Under the pieces are notes generated by a model. It saw only the letters and a program-made list of their open reading frames with translations, was not told the DNA's origin and ran no database searches. The position numbers and the translations under genes were made by a program. Positions 35,299 through 44,884 of a stretch of 64,000 nucleotides of DNA are shown here, one piece after another. The stretch is from Patescibacteria group bacterium (lineage in GTDB: Bacteria; Patescibacteriota; Minisyncoccia; UBA6257; GWB1-50-10): positions 6,779 through 70,778 of the forward strand of contig JBBTQX010000002.1 in NCBI GenBank assembly GCA_038065455.1, read 5' to 3'. The stretch's first letter is position 1; the number at the start of each line of letters is the position of its first letter.

Positions 35299-35418
35299 CC
35301 CGTTAGAGACAGGATACGCTTAAAAAGCGCATCCGTGATATGTCGCTTGGTTTGATTATTCCGACCTGTTGGTTATTCATATTGATACATTATTCAAAAT
35401 TTGTTTGTCTCTAACGGG
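35299..35418. mobile_element. G-family MITE copy C (120 bp)
   Basis: CCCGTTAGAGACA..TGTCTCTAACGGG; flanks TTCAT|..|ATTCAT; hairpin GGATACGC-ttaaaaa-GCGCATCC; interior homologous to copy B (GTTATTCATA). Confidence 0.75.
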
Positions 35419-35430
35419 ATTCATAAAACT

Positions 35431-35664
35431 TTACAATCTTCGCACGATTCGTCCCCGTTTGTCCAGGATGTTCGCCATCTCCACCATAACCCTGTCTCCG
35501 GGGATAACCCGGATGCGGTTGATTTTAAGCTTGCCGGCGGGATGCGCTAAAATGTCTTTTTCTTCCCCGTTTTCAAGTTTGACCTTCACGCGGAAAAGCA
35601 AACCCGGCAGTGCCTCCACCGCTATTCCCTCAATCCTGACTAAAGGCGTATTTTCCATTAACAA
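35431..35664 (-). CDS. infA: translation initiation factor IF-1
   Basis: S1-like OB fold (G.V.E.LPN..F.V.LENG......GK.R...IRI..GD.V). Confidence 0.85.
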   Translation of the reverse strand: MLMENTPLVRIEGIAVEALPGLLFRVKVKLENGEEKDILAHPAGKLKINRIRVIPGDRVMVEMANILDKRGRIVRRL

Positions 35665-35673
35665 ACAGAGTGA

Positions 35674-35702
35674 ATTTTAGACAAATACAGATTTTTTGTC
35701 AA
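35674..35702 (-). promoter_or_regulatory. near-consensus sigma70 promoter for the infA r-protein operon
   Basis: On the minus strand: TTGACA, 17-nt spacer, TAAAAT, about 8 nt upstream of the infA ATG region. Confidence 0.5.
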
Positions 35703-35817
35703 TTTTTTAATCTATAAATCGTCTTTAATATCAGTTGTGGATAACTATTGACGCTTATTCATGTAAGTCGTTATAATGATAATACAGAATAACTTCTGTC
35801 CTGCCCGTGGATATGGG

Positions 35818-36528
35818 TTAACTTTCCGCAAGACCTGATTCTCTTGAGTCAGGTTTTTGCTTTTTAACCGCAATATACTTTTTTATGTCTTGAGCATTGA
35901 TTTTATTATCAACTAGCTCTCCTAACGACGCATCAATATGCCCTCCTTTTATTAAAATTATCTTTTTCTTTTGTTTCTTTAAGAAACGGATAAGAGCGGC
36001 GAAATCGGCATCGGACGATAATAGACAGAACGTATCATATGAATTGATGAGTCTTACGGAATCAACTGAAACCTCCACGTCAAAATTGCACTTCGGAATC
36101 AATATAAAATTCCCTCCCTTATCAACATTTATCTTCCGCATTGTCTCGCTTTTTTCTTCGGAATCCAGATAATGCTTGATTTGCTGTATTGGTTTAGTGA
36201 AAACCCTAGACTTACCGAAAATATGTTCCGCGGCCCGTTTGAATCTTAAAGACCCTGGATTAACAGGGTCGTGTCCATAATAAAAACGATCATCGCTGGA
36301 AAACGCGCTCAAGAAATCTTTTAATTTTTGCAGACCAATCGTTAACAACTCATTATCTGCCATTTTCACTCCGCTCTCATCAAAATCATCTTCATCAAAC
36401 CAATGATTGACGTTCGCAAAATCAATGAATGAGATAATGTTCGGATACCTGTCCGGTAAGATATCAAGATTTTTTCTTATTTGATCTTTTTTAAGTTCTT
36501 CCAAATCCATTTTAATTTTCTCCTTCAA
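35818..36528 (-). CDS. NYN/LabA-like (PIN-fold) nuclease domain protein
   Basis: IDFANV..., CNFDVEVSVD, LLSSDADFAALIRFL acidic-residue pattern of NYN domains; AT-rich; overlaps the 3' end of the R-M gene by 17 nt. Confidence 0.5.
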   Translation of the reverse strand: MKEKIKMDLEELKKDQIRKNLDILPDRYPNIISFIDFANVNHWFDEDDFDESGVKMADNELLTIGLQKLKDFLSAFSSDDRFYYGHDPVNPGSLRFKRAAEHIFGKSRVFTKPIQQIKHYLDSEEKSETMRKINVDKGGNFILIPKCNFDVEVSVDSVRLINSYDTFCLLSSDADFAALIRFLKKQKKKIILIKGGHIDASLGELVDNKINAQDIKKYIAVKKQKPDSRESGLAES

Positions 36529-39364
36529 CTGTTTTTATTTCTTCCTCCGTTAAGCCGTAGAGCTTATATACCTCCTCATCAATTTTCTTGTCGGTTCTTC
36601 CTATTTCGGATTTCAGTCGTTCCCATTCGTTGGAATTTTCCTCGACGTCGTGAAATTCTTTATTAAGAAGGATTATCTTATCAACATAAGAAATTATTAA
36701 TTTCTGCGATGCCTCGTCTGCAATATAAATTGGTAGATCTAATAGTGGCTCCTTATCTATTTGTAGTTGATCACCCTGTAATTTCCCCTTATTTCTTAAC
36801 CAGAAATGCATGATGTTTGAATTGAGTAATCCAAGAACATATTTGAGATTCACTTTATCCAATTTTAAAATTATAAAAGCTCTTGTAACATAACAAGGAA
36901 AATCAACATATGAAAAGGATGGTTTTATGGTTTTCCTTATTGAAAAAATACAGTGGCCCTCAAAAAATCTTTCTTCGCGTGCCCTATGAAGACCATAGGG
37001 AGCATACACAGAAGTTAAAATTTTAGAAAATTTATCTAGGTGTTTTTTGAGATTAGGAAACTGTTCAATATGTTCCCGGAAATAACTGTCCGCATAAATT
37101 ATACGGAGGCTTGTGTTTTTAATAGATAAGTATCTATTTATTTCTTTTGTTGTATAGTACGGTCTTAAATATTGATCTTCAGGTTTTGTTGGTGAAAGTT
37201 CTTTAATTTCGTCCTCAGATAAAATAAATATGCCATCGCCTTTCTTTATTGTTTTATCTGACAAACCCTGTAGGTGCTTTTCAGTGATAAAATCTTGCAA
37301 AACATCAATGCCATTACCGACATCTTTTTCGTTAATGTGGTAATTCTGTTTTGATTTTATCTTTTCTAGGAGAATGTCTTTATTGCTCTCGGTAAAAATT
37401 AAAAAGTGGCCCAGTAATTTTTCTGGTTTAATCTCAATTTCGGTTTTTTCACCAAAAATTCTGGAAATAAGTTCGTTTTCCGCTATATTCCTATCGGGAA
37501 TCCTTAAATAACTTACCTTGTATTTTTCATCTGGTTTTCCTTTTTTAAAGGTAAAAATCATTGTTTGAATCCCAGCTTGTTCAAAAACCTTATAGTCACC
37601 AAAATCTAGGAAGGATTTTAGTTCGCCATCTTTTAAAATTTTATCTCTAAAAATATCTGCGCCGGCATTGCTTACCCAATTATTCGGAGCGATAAAACTC
37701 AAAATTCCCCCGTCTTTAAGTAAATCTATTGAAATGCACGCAAACATTGTCCAAATATCCATTTTACCCTGATAATATGGGCTATCGTGCAGACCATTAA
37801 AAGCTTCTTTATTCACAAACTCCTTGATATACGGCGGGTTTCCGATAATCACATCAAACCCGCCTTGTTTGAAAACCTCCGGAAATTCCTCTTCCCAGTT
37901 AAACGGCTTCTTATTGCGAAAATTTGCACCAAAATGCTTTTTAAGTTCCGAGTCGGTGCCCGAAATGAGCGAGTTTCCATTCTTTATATTTTTATCGAGC
38001 GATGGCAGCTTCTGCCTTTCATTTAAAGCGCCTACAAGAAGATTTAATCTGGCGATTTCAACCGCTTGCTCGTCCAGATCAACCCCATAGATATTCTCTA
38101 AAAGTATTTGGATTTTTGTGAAAACATTCCCTGGTGCGCCCATTTTCTTGTATTTTTCATTGATAAGTTCCAACGCCTGAACAAGAAACGAACCGGAACC
38201 ACAGGCCGGGTCCAGTACCTTTATCTTCTTCAAATCCTCTATAGTGTTGCACTTTTCCAAAACCGGCCCCAAGGCGTTTTTCACGATATACTCAACGATA
38301 AAATGGGGCGTGTAATAAATCCCCTGCTCCTTGCGCTTCTTAGCATCCTTATGAACTTCTACGCCCTTCTTTGATTGAGAAAGTTTATAGCCGAGATAGT
38401 TTTCATAAACTGTTCCTAGAACATCAGCGGGCATCGCCTTGAAATCATATTCATAATAGCCCGGTTTGCCGTAGAGAATCTGAATAACTTTCTCCGTGGC
38501 GTCGCCATATTCCTCCCATTCTTCAAACGGGTGTTCGGAAAAAAGATTGGAATTGTAGGTTTTATCCAATTCCCTGAATTTATCCACCATGTGCTTGTAA
38601 AGCGGCACCTCGTTTTGGTCTTTGCGATTTTTCCATTCACGAAGCAATGGGATAAGCGTTGGCGGTTCAATTCCTCTATCCTCGGCAACACGTAAAAAGA
38701 TAAGTCTGTCCAAAAGCTTTTGAACGCCTTCATCTAAAAATTGGGGGGCAATTTTAGAATTCCAAGCCTTCAACGATTTAGTAAGAATCTCCCGACATTC
38801 GTTCAGGTCGTTGAATAACAGCGAAGTTACCGGAATTTTCTGGAATTTCTTTCCGAATTTTTCTGCCTCTGTATCGATAAGATTTTTCTCGAATGATTCT
38901 CTTGATAAGAGCGAAAGTTGGTCAAAACATTCAATATATCTATCGTAGGAAATTTCAAAGAGAAGTTTGGCGGCCAATGTCGCTTTCGCATCCTGCGTGT
39001 TGAAAACTTTTATACTCTCAAAGTCGGTAAGCACTGCCCAAGTTACGCCCTTATTCCAAGAATATCTTATTGCTTGTTTGGCATATTCTTCGCGATGCAA
39101 ATCCACCTTAAGTGATTTGGCCTCTAAATAGAATTTCGCCCGGCCATTTAAATAAAATCCGTAATCAACTCTATCCGAGGATGATAAATTTTCTTCCGCT
39201 GAAACCTCATTTTTGTTATGGACATCCCACCCAAGCGCTTCAAAAATCGGCAGAATAAAATCTTTTTTTGTTTCCTCTTCCGTATAACTCTTTATCTTGC
39301 CGGCCGATTTAGCAATTTCATACTTATCAATAAGCAACCTTATCTTCTCTTTCGGGTCATTCAT
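36512..39364 (-). CDS. type IIG/IIL single-chain restriction endonuclease / N6-adenine DNA methyltransferase (Eco57I/MmeI-like)
   Basis: N-terminal Mrr/HsdR-N-like nuclease region; methyltransferase motif I DPACGSGSFL and motif IV GNPPYI; long C-terminal target-recognition region; ~35% GC versus ~50% around it. Confidence 0.7.
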   Translation of the reverse strand: MNDPKEKIRLLIDKYEIAKSAGKIKSYTEEETKKDFILPIFEALGWDVHNKNEVSAEENLSSSDRVDYGFYLNGRAKFYLEAKSLKVDLHREEYAKQAIRYSWNKGVTWAVLTDFESIKVFNTQDAKATLAAKLLFEISYDRYIECFDQLSLLSRESFEKNLIDTEAEKFGKKFQKIPVTSLLFNDLNECREILTKSLKAWNSKIAPQFLDEGVQKLLDRLIFLRVAEDRGIEPPTLIPLLREWKNRKDQNEVPLYKHMVDKFRELDKTYNSNLFSEHPFEEWEEYGDATEKVIQILYGKPGYYEYDFKAMPADVLGTVYENYLGYKLSQSKKGVEVHKDAKKRKEQGIYYTPHFIVEYIVKNALGPVLEKCNTIEDLKKIKVLDPACGSGSFLVQALELINEKYKKMGAPGNVFTKIQILLENIYGVDLDEQAVEIARLNLLVGALNERQKLPSLDKNIKNGNSLISGTDSELKKHFGANFRNKKPFNWEEEFPEVFKQGGFDVIIGNPPYIKEFVNKEAFNGLHDSPYYQGKMDIWTMFACISIDLLKDGGILSFIAPNNWVSNAGADIFRDKILKDGELKSFLDFGDYKVFEQAGIQTMIFTFKKGKPDEKYKVSYLRIPDRNIAENELISRIFGEKTEIEIKPEKLLGHFLIFTESNKDILLEKIKSKQNYHINEKDVGNGIDVLQDFITEKHLQGLSDKTIKKGDGIFILSEDEIKELSPTKPEDQYLRPYYTTKEINRYLSIKNTSLRIIYADSYFREHIEQFPNLKKHLDKFSKILTSVYAPYGLHRAREERFFEGHCIFSIRKTIKPSFSYVDFPCYVTRAFIILKLDKVNLKYVLGLLNSNIMHFWLRNKGKLQGDQLQIDKEPLLDLPIYIADEASQKLIISYVDKIILLNKEFHDVEENSNEWERLKSEIGRTDKKIDEEVYKLYGLTEEEIKTVEGEN

Positions 39365-39370
39365 CTTATT

Positions 39371-41107
39371 TTATTCCGCCAGAATCTTTACCTTGTTCAA
39401 ATAATTGGGAACGGATTTTACCCAGAAAGGCCAGAAAGAAATGTTGGCTTTTTGGAGGCCCGGCAGAGCGAAAATTTGTGTTTTGAGCGTTTCGCCGTCG
39501 AGGCCGAGAATCTGATTTTTGAAACTTTCCAAATTTATCTTCGGTTCGTAGGTAAGGACGCCGTTCACCGAAAAAGTCATCTTGCCGGCGGCGAAATCCG
39601 CGGTACTCGTCGAATAGTCCATCGAGAAATTCCTGACCGTAATCTCCTCGGTCGATGTACTCAAAAAATCCACCAGAGCATCTCGGAGCATTCCCTCGTT
39701 GAAACCCAGTTGGCGCAACTCCCCTGCCACGAGGACGCTGAAATTGCCGTCCTGGTCGACTTGGCTCGAAACATTCTCGCTCGTCACTTTGAATTCCGAA
39801 CCGTTATCCATTATTTTCAAATTCTGCGAATCCAAAATCATCGTTTTGCTTTTAAGCGTATTCAAAAGCGCTTCTTCTATTTTCGCCTTCGCGCCGCTCA
39901 CATCGCTTTCGGAAGGAACGATCTGATTGCCTTCCGCTCCGCCCGTCATCGAGGATATTGATTCGGCATAGAATCCTTTATAGAGCGCCGGCGTCGCCTT
40001 GAAGCCCGGTATCTTCCATCCTCCACTCGGGGGCAAGTTGTAATCCGAACCCGCCTTATCCGCCACGACTTTCACCTCGACGGATGACGGCGTTCCATTC
40101 GCGGTTTTCATTCCCGGTACCACGGCCCTATTCACCAATCTGAAAATTTTTCCTTCCGGAGATTCAAAACGGGTAGTCGCTACGAGCGTCTGGGACTTGG
40201 TGCTATAGACGTTATAAACGGTAAGCGTTCCGCCAGCCTTGGTACTCAAGGTGGAGCTGCCGGTTGCGGGAAAATTCATACTTAGATTCCCGGGCGCCAC
40301 CGAAAGCTGGCCGGGCAGACTCGCCGCGTTGCCGCTCACGGAAGGAGTATTCACCTCTTTATCCGCCGTTACCCGAATGGAAAACGGAACAGTAGTTTTT
40401 TGTATGAAAATGTTGATTATTGCTCTGGGCAGAATGTCCGCCACCGCGAAATATCCCGCCGCCAAAACGACGGCCGTGCTGACGAGCATTATCGCCCAGA
40501 ATTTTTTTCCGCGCTTCGCTTTCTTTTCGACATTCCTTTCAATCCTTTCGAAATTCTTTTCGATTCTTTCTTCCACTATCGGAGCCGGAATGTATTTCAC
40601 CAATTCCTCTTCCGACGCGACGGGCTCCGTAATCGGAATTTTGGTTTCTTCGATTGCCGGGGCTTTTTTCTTTCTCGCGACTCTCGGCTTTTTCACCCCG
40701 GACTTCCTCGCCGGTTTTCGTCCCTCGATTTTTTCCTTCCCTCCGCGTTCCGCGTTCGGGACTTCGCTTTGCCTGACCAATTCTATTTCGGCCGCACCGA
40801 CATCATCCAATCCCGGCAAAATATCCACCACAGATCTTTCCCTGGTTTTGAAAACCGGATTTATGGCCGGAATAGTCGCCAAGGACGCCAATTCCAGAAT
40901 ACGCTCGTCCACCGATTCTATCGCCAATTCCTTGCCGGCCGTTTCACACTCGCGCTCCAGTATTTGGAAATTATGGACCGAGGAACCCAGAACGGAGTTT
41001 TTGGGAATATTGAGAATGATTTTTTCCGCCTCGACGGCAGTCAGCTGGCCGACTACTTTGTTCAAGTCGTCGTCTTTGTCCAAAAATATCTTTTTTTCCG
41101 ATGCCAT
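39371..41107 (-). CDS. hypothetical bitopic membrane protein (cytoplasmic N-domain, one TM helix, large Ser/Thr-rich ectodomain)
   Basis: ORF with a Lys/Arg-rich linker, TM helix FWAIMLVSTAVVLAAGYFAV and a beta-rich C-terminus; no family recognised. Confidence 0.35.
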   Translation of the reverse strand: MASEKKIFLDKDDDLNKVVGQLTAVEAEKIILNIPKNSVLGSSVHNFQILERECETAGKELAIESVDERILELASLATIPAINPVFKTRERSVVDILPGLDDVGAAEIELVRQSEVPNAERGGKEKIEGRKPARKSGVKKPRVARKKKAPAIEETKIPITEPVASEEELVKYIPAPIVEERIEKNFERIERNVEKKAKRGKKFWAIMLVSTAVVLAAGYFAVADILPRAIINIFIQKTTVPFSIRVTADKEVNTPSVSGNAASLPGQLSVAPGNLSMNFPATGSSTLSTKAGGTLTVYNVYSTKSQTLVATTRFESPEGKIFRLVNRAVVPGMKTANGTPSSVEVKVVADKAGSDYNLPPSGGWKIPGFKATPALYKGFYAESISSMTGGAEGNQIVPSESDVSGAKAKIEEALLNTLKSKTMILDSQNLKIMDNGSEFKVTSENVSSQVDQDGNFSVLVAGELRQLGFNEGMLRDALVDFLSTSTEEITVRNFSMDYSTSTADFAAGKMTFSVNGVLTYEPKINLESFKNQILGLDGETLKTQIFALPGLQKANISFWPFWVKSVPNYLNKVKILAE

Positions 41108-41123
41108 TGGCTTTTATTTTAAC

Positions 41124-42248
41124 CTAGAAATTGGGAATCAGCCACTTCACCCGACGCTTTAAAAGCCGGTTTAGATACTCGAATTTCGGAAGATCATATT
41201 CGAAAACCAAAAGAGCTAGGGCATTCTGTTCGATGAGCGGTTCGAAGCCCAAAGCGGCATTTTTTTTCTTTATAATATACTCTTTACGCTCCAATTCCTC
41301 ATCGACCCGGATAGCCGCCCCGGGGAAATTCTTGATCCGGCCGGAAAAATAGATTTTAGGCCGGCTGATTTTTGTTTTTTTCTTGAGCGGCTCCAAAAGA
41401 CCGGCGAGCTCCCGAACGCTTTCGTTCACTCTTCCTTCCAGCCATTTTTTTACCTTGACCGAAACATTGTTTTCGAAATAAAGGCGGATTATCGCTCTGG
41501 CCGAGGCTTCGTCTATGCCCAGTTCGGCGGCTACTCCGCCGGTAAAAGTCCCCGTCCCCCAGCCATAACCGACTTCAAAGGCTTTTTCGTTTCCGTGGAC
41601 TTTGAAAACCGAGGTGGCGGTCTCGCCGATCTGAACCGAAAAGCTCCCGGATTCGGGAAGGAAGTCCCCCAAAACGCTCGCGCTTTCGAAGACGAATATC
41701 TTGCCCCAGTCTTTGAAGCGTTCCAGAGAAGGCAAAGTTTCGCGCGGAACGAATGTGCCTCGGATTTTCAAATTCAATTCTTTTCCTTCAAAGCCGACCG
41801 GGTTATACATTTTGTGAGTTCCAATGGAAACATCGCGTACCTGGACATAAGCCATAATCAAATCCGAGTCGCTCGTCTTCATTTTTTTGGCCGCCATCGC
41901 CCGATAGCGATTCAGAAAATCCCAAAATCCTTTGTGGACCAGTTGGTCCATTTCGCTTTCGGTTATCGCTTCATTGGGTTTCGGGCGCTTCAAAACCACG
42001 GTATTTTCCGCGGTCGTGGCTCTTTCGCTTCCGAGTGAAAAAATTATGTAGTCCGTCTTCTTGGTAGGCCGCCTCACGCCATCCAAATCCTTCACCGCGT
42101 ACCCTTCGCAAATCGTGATTTCTTTCTTCTTCAGATTCCGATAGGCTCGCGTAACCTCATACGCGCCGTTCCATTCCTCCACCAGAAGGAAATATTCCCG
42201 GCTGCCGTTCCAAAAATTCTGAACGAAATTCCACGTTTTCCAGACCAT
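41124..42248 (-). CDS. hypothetical protein (374 aa)
   Basis: Tightly linked upstream of the 578-aa membrane protein. A weak Gly-rich patch (GYGWGTGTFTGG) is the only feature. Confidence 0.35.
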   Translation of the reverse strand: MVWKTWNFVQNFWNGSREYFLLVEEWNGAYEVTRAYRNLKKKEITICEGYAVKDLDGVRRPTKKTDYIIFSLGSERATTAENTVVLKRPKPNEAITESEMDQLVHKGFWDFLNRYRAMAAKKMKTSDSDLIMAYVQVRDVSIGTHKMYNPVGFEGKELNLKIRGTFVPRETLPSLERFKDWGKIFVFESASVLGDFLPESGSFSVQIGETATSVFKVHGNEKAFEVGYGWGTGTFTGGVAAELGIDEASARAIIRLYFENNVSVKVKKWLEGRVNESVRELAGLLEPLKKKTKISRPKIYFSGRIKNFPGAAIRVDEELERKEYIIKKKNAALGFEPLIEQNALALLVFEYDLPKFEYLNRLLKRRVKWLIPNF

Positions 42249-42276
42249 TACTAATTAGTATAGCTCAATTCTTTTC

Positions 42277-44010
42277 CTACTCCACTGTGGCGCGGATGCG
42301 CCGGATGCCGGCCGCCACCGCCTCTTCTTTGATGATTTTGAACTTCCCTACCTCCCCCGTGCGCGCCACATGCGGCCCGCCGCAGAATTCGATGGAAAAT
42401 GATTTTTCAAATTGGGGACTTTCCGCTGTCGCACCCTTCGGGCCGACCGAATAGATTGATACAATATCGGGATACTTCTGGCCGAATTCGTGCTCGGCGC
42501 CGAGCTTCTCCGCCTCTTCGCGGGCGATTTCGCTGTGCACGACCGGCAAGTCTTCCGCAATCTTTTCGTTCACTATCCGCTCCGTTTCTTTTTTCTGCTC
42601 GTCCGTCATTTTCGCATTATGTATAAAATCCATCCGCAGACGCTCGCTTGTGATGTTGCTTCCCCGCTGTTTCACCTCCGGCCCCAGCACGATTTGGAGC
42701 GCTTTGAGAAGAAGATGGTGGGCTGTATGCAAACGTATAGTTTTTTCCGAATGGTCGGCAAGGCCGCCCTTGAACTGCCCAGCCGAAGACGTCCGAGATA
42801 ATTCTTGATGGGCTGATTTTCTGCGTTCGAAATCTGCCTTATCGATTGAAACTCCCTTCTCTTTCGCCAACTCCTCAATCATCTCAATCGGCAAGCCGTG
42901 CGTCTGGTACAGGTCGAAAACGATTTCTCCGGTCAACTCCGCTTTTTCGAATTCCCGTGCTCCTTTTTTCAACGCTTCGGAAAAAGCTTCTTTTTCCTTA
43001 TTAAACTCATCAAGCACTAGCTCCCGGTTTAATTCCGGATAGAACCCCTCGTAATTTTCGAATACTTCGCCGAATAGATGTTCGGCTAACTCTTCGTTTT
43101 TGGAAAGATGGAGATGAACCATTACCCGCCTCATCAAGCGCCGGAGGACATATCCGGCTTCTTTATTGGACGGCTTCACGCCATCGGAAATCAAAAATGC
43201 GATGCCGCGGATATGGTCGCTTAAAATACGGCGCGTCCGAACTTCCATTTCTTCCGGCAAAAGGGCTATTATCGGCGCAAATAAATCTGTTTCGAATATA
43301 GTCGCCTTCTTCTGCGACACCATAGTAAGTCTCTCCAAACCCATGCCCGTATCCACGCCCGGCGTTTCGAGCGGGGTAAGTTTTTGATTTTTCGCGTAGA
43401 ACTGATTGAAAACGATATTCCAAACCTCGACGGCTTTCCCAGCAGCGTTTTTCACGTAAATTTCCGTTGTCGGACCGCACGGGCCTTCGTTCCCCGTCGG
43501 ACCCCAGAAAACGTCCACGCCCTCGCGGATTATTTTTTTCTCCGGCATCCCGATATCTTTCCAGATATCGTAGGATTCTTGGTCGAACGGCACGCCGTTT
43601 TTCCGCCAATCTCCTGCCGGCACCTTGACCGGATCAAAAATCGTCACATAATCGATATCCAATCCCATTTCTTTCACGATGAAATCGTGGCCGAATCGAA
43701 TGGCTTCTTTTTTGAAATATCCGCCGAAGGAAAAATTGCCGAGCATTTCGAAGAATGTCAGATGACTTTCATCCCCCACTTCGTCTATATCCGAAGTGCG
43801 GAAGCATTTTTGAACCGAGGCGGTATTCTTCGAATTGAAATCCTTCATCGGGTCGGAATCGTTCGTGTAGTAGGGCTTGAACTGCTGCATGCCCGCAGTC
43901 GTAAGGAGCACCGACGGATCGTCGGGAATCAAAGATGAGGACGGCACGACCGCGTGCCCGTTCTTCTCAAAAAACTCCAGGAATTTTCTGCGTATCTCCG
44001 AAGAGGTCAT
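42277..44010 (-). CDS. alaS: alanyl-tRNA synthetase (catalytic plus editing domains; C-terminal C-Ala domain absent)
   Basis: N-terminus FLEFF...GH..V.SS.LIP..D..LL.T.AGM; editing HxxxH (HTAHHLL); 577 aa. Confidence 0.85.
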   Translation of the reverse strand: MTSSEIRRKFLEFFEKNGHAVVPSSSLIPDDPSVLLTTAGMQQFKPYYTNDSDPMKDFNSKNTASVQKCFRTSDIDEVGDESHLTFFEMLGNFSFGGYFKKEAIRFGHDFIVKEMGLDIDYVTIFDPVKVPAGDWRKNGVPFDQESYDIWKDIGMPEKKIIREGVDVFWGPTGNEGPCGPTTEIYVKNAAGKAVEVWNIVFNQFYAKNQKLTPLETPGVDTGMGLERLTMVSQKKATIFETDLFAPIIALLPEEMEVRTRRILSDHIRGIAFLISDGVKPSNKEAGYVLRRLMRRVMVHLHLSKNEELAEHLFGEVFENYEGFYPELNRELVLDEFNKEKEAFSEALKKGAREFEKAELTGEIVFDLYQTHGLPIEMIEELAKEKGVSIDKADFERRKSAHQELSRTSSAGQFKGGLADHSEKTIRLHTAHHLLLKALQIVLGPEVKQRGSNITSERLRMDFIHNAKMTDEQKKETERIVNEKIAEDLPVVHSEIAREEAEKLGAEHEFGQKYPDIVSIYSVGPKGATAESPQFEKSFSIEFCGGPHVARTGEVGKFKIIKEEAVAAGIRRIRATVE

Positions 44011-44027
44011 CTATACAATCTAGAGAA

Positions 44028-44450
44028 TTACCTCAAACTCATCAAGACGGCGCCGGCCGTGAGAAGCGCCGCGCCAAGGCCGGATTTCCAAGTCAGGTTT
44101 TCCCCTAAAAAGAGAATAGCGAGAACGAGCACAAAAACCACGCTTAGCCTATCCAAAGCCGCGACACCAGAGGCCGGGCCGTTCTTCAGGGCGAAGAAGT
44201 AGAAGAGCCACGAAAGCGCCCCGGCAACGCCGGAAAGAGCGATAAAAACCAGGGCTTTGTTATCTATGGATCTAAACGATTCCCAACTTCCGAGGCCAAA
44301 AGAAACGGCCAAAAGGAAAACTGCCATTATAACGGCGCGGACGGTCGTAGCAAGCGTCGAGTCGATGTTCGATATCCCGATTTTGCCGAAGACGGCGACG
44401 AGCGCCGCCGAAACAGCCGATAACAAAGCGAAAAATATCCAACTAGGCAT
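44028..44450 (-). CDS. EamA/DMT-superfamily small membrane transporter (single EamA domain)
   Basis: Four TM helices with EamA-like spacing. Confidence 0.5.
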   Translation of the reverse strand: MPSWIFFALLSAVSAALVAVFGKIGISNIDSTLATTVRAVIMAVFLLAVSFGLGSWESFRSIDNKALVFIALSGVAGALSWLFYFFALKNGPASGVAALDRLSVVFVLVLAILFLGENLTWKSGLGAALLTAGAVLMSLR

Positions 44451-44868
44451 TGATTTTATTATACCTCAAAGAAAATGTGAGGCCGAGAGCGAAAAGAATA
44501 ATTGAATCGAAAGCCGAGAAGAGGCAATAAAAACAAAGCGAATGGATTATGAAAAGCTGGACATATAAGAACCAAAGCGAGGCAATAAATCCGAAAATCG
44601 TCAAAAGCCCGGCCAAGAAGAACAATTTTTCGTCTCTCTTTATAAACGAAATAAGAGAAAGAATGAATATGCCGAGATAATAAACCACGCCGAGGAGCGA
44701 CACCGGCACCGAGCCTAGTGTGGCATAGGAGCTTTGGAGCACCAAATCGCAGGTATTTATAAGCAGACAAACTACCGACACATCCTGATAATGCGTTATC
44801 GTAAGATATGTAGCATCAATCAATCCAAGAAAGCTCAATACCAAAAAAATTATCGCTATTTTTTTCAT
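44443..44868 (-). CDS. vitamin K epoxide reductase (VKOR)-family thiol oxidoreductase
   Basis: Loop Cys pair (CLLINTC) and TM CxxC (CFYC). Confidence 0.55.
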   Translation of the reverse strand: MKKIAIIFLVLSFLGLIDATYLTITHYQDVSVVCLLINTCDLVLQSSYATLGSVPVSLLGVVYYLGIFILSLISFIKRDEKLFFLAGLLTIFGFIASLWFLYVQLFIIHSLCFYCLFSAFDSIILFALGLTFSLRYNKINA

Positions 44869-44884
44869 TTTAAATTAGTCTATG

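Noticed and set aside
19490-35418. G-family copies as IS200/IS605-type (HUH transposase) elements that insert 3' of a pentanucleotide
   Set aside because: Those elements lack terminal inverted repeats and carry TnpA/TnpB. Here there are perfect 13-15 bp inverted repeats, duplicated flanks on both sides, and a GIY-YIG ORF instead.
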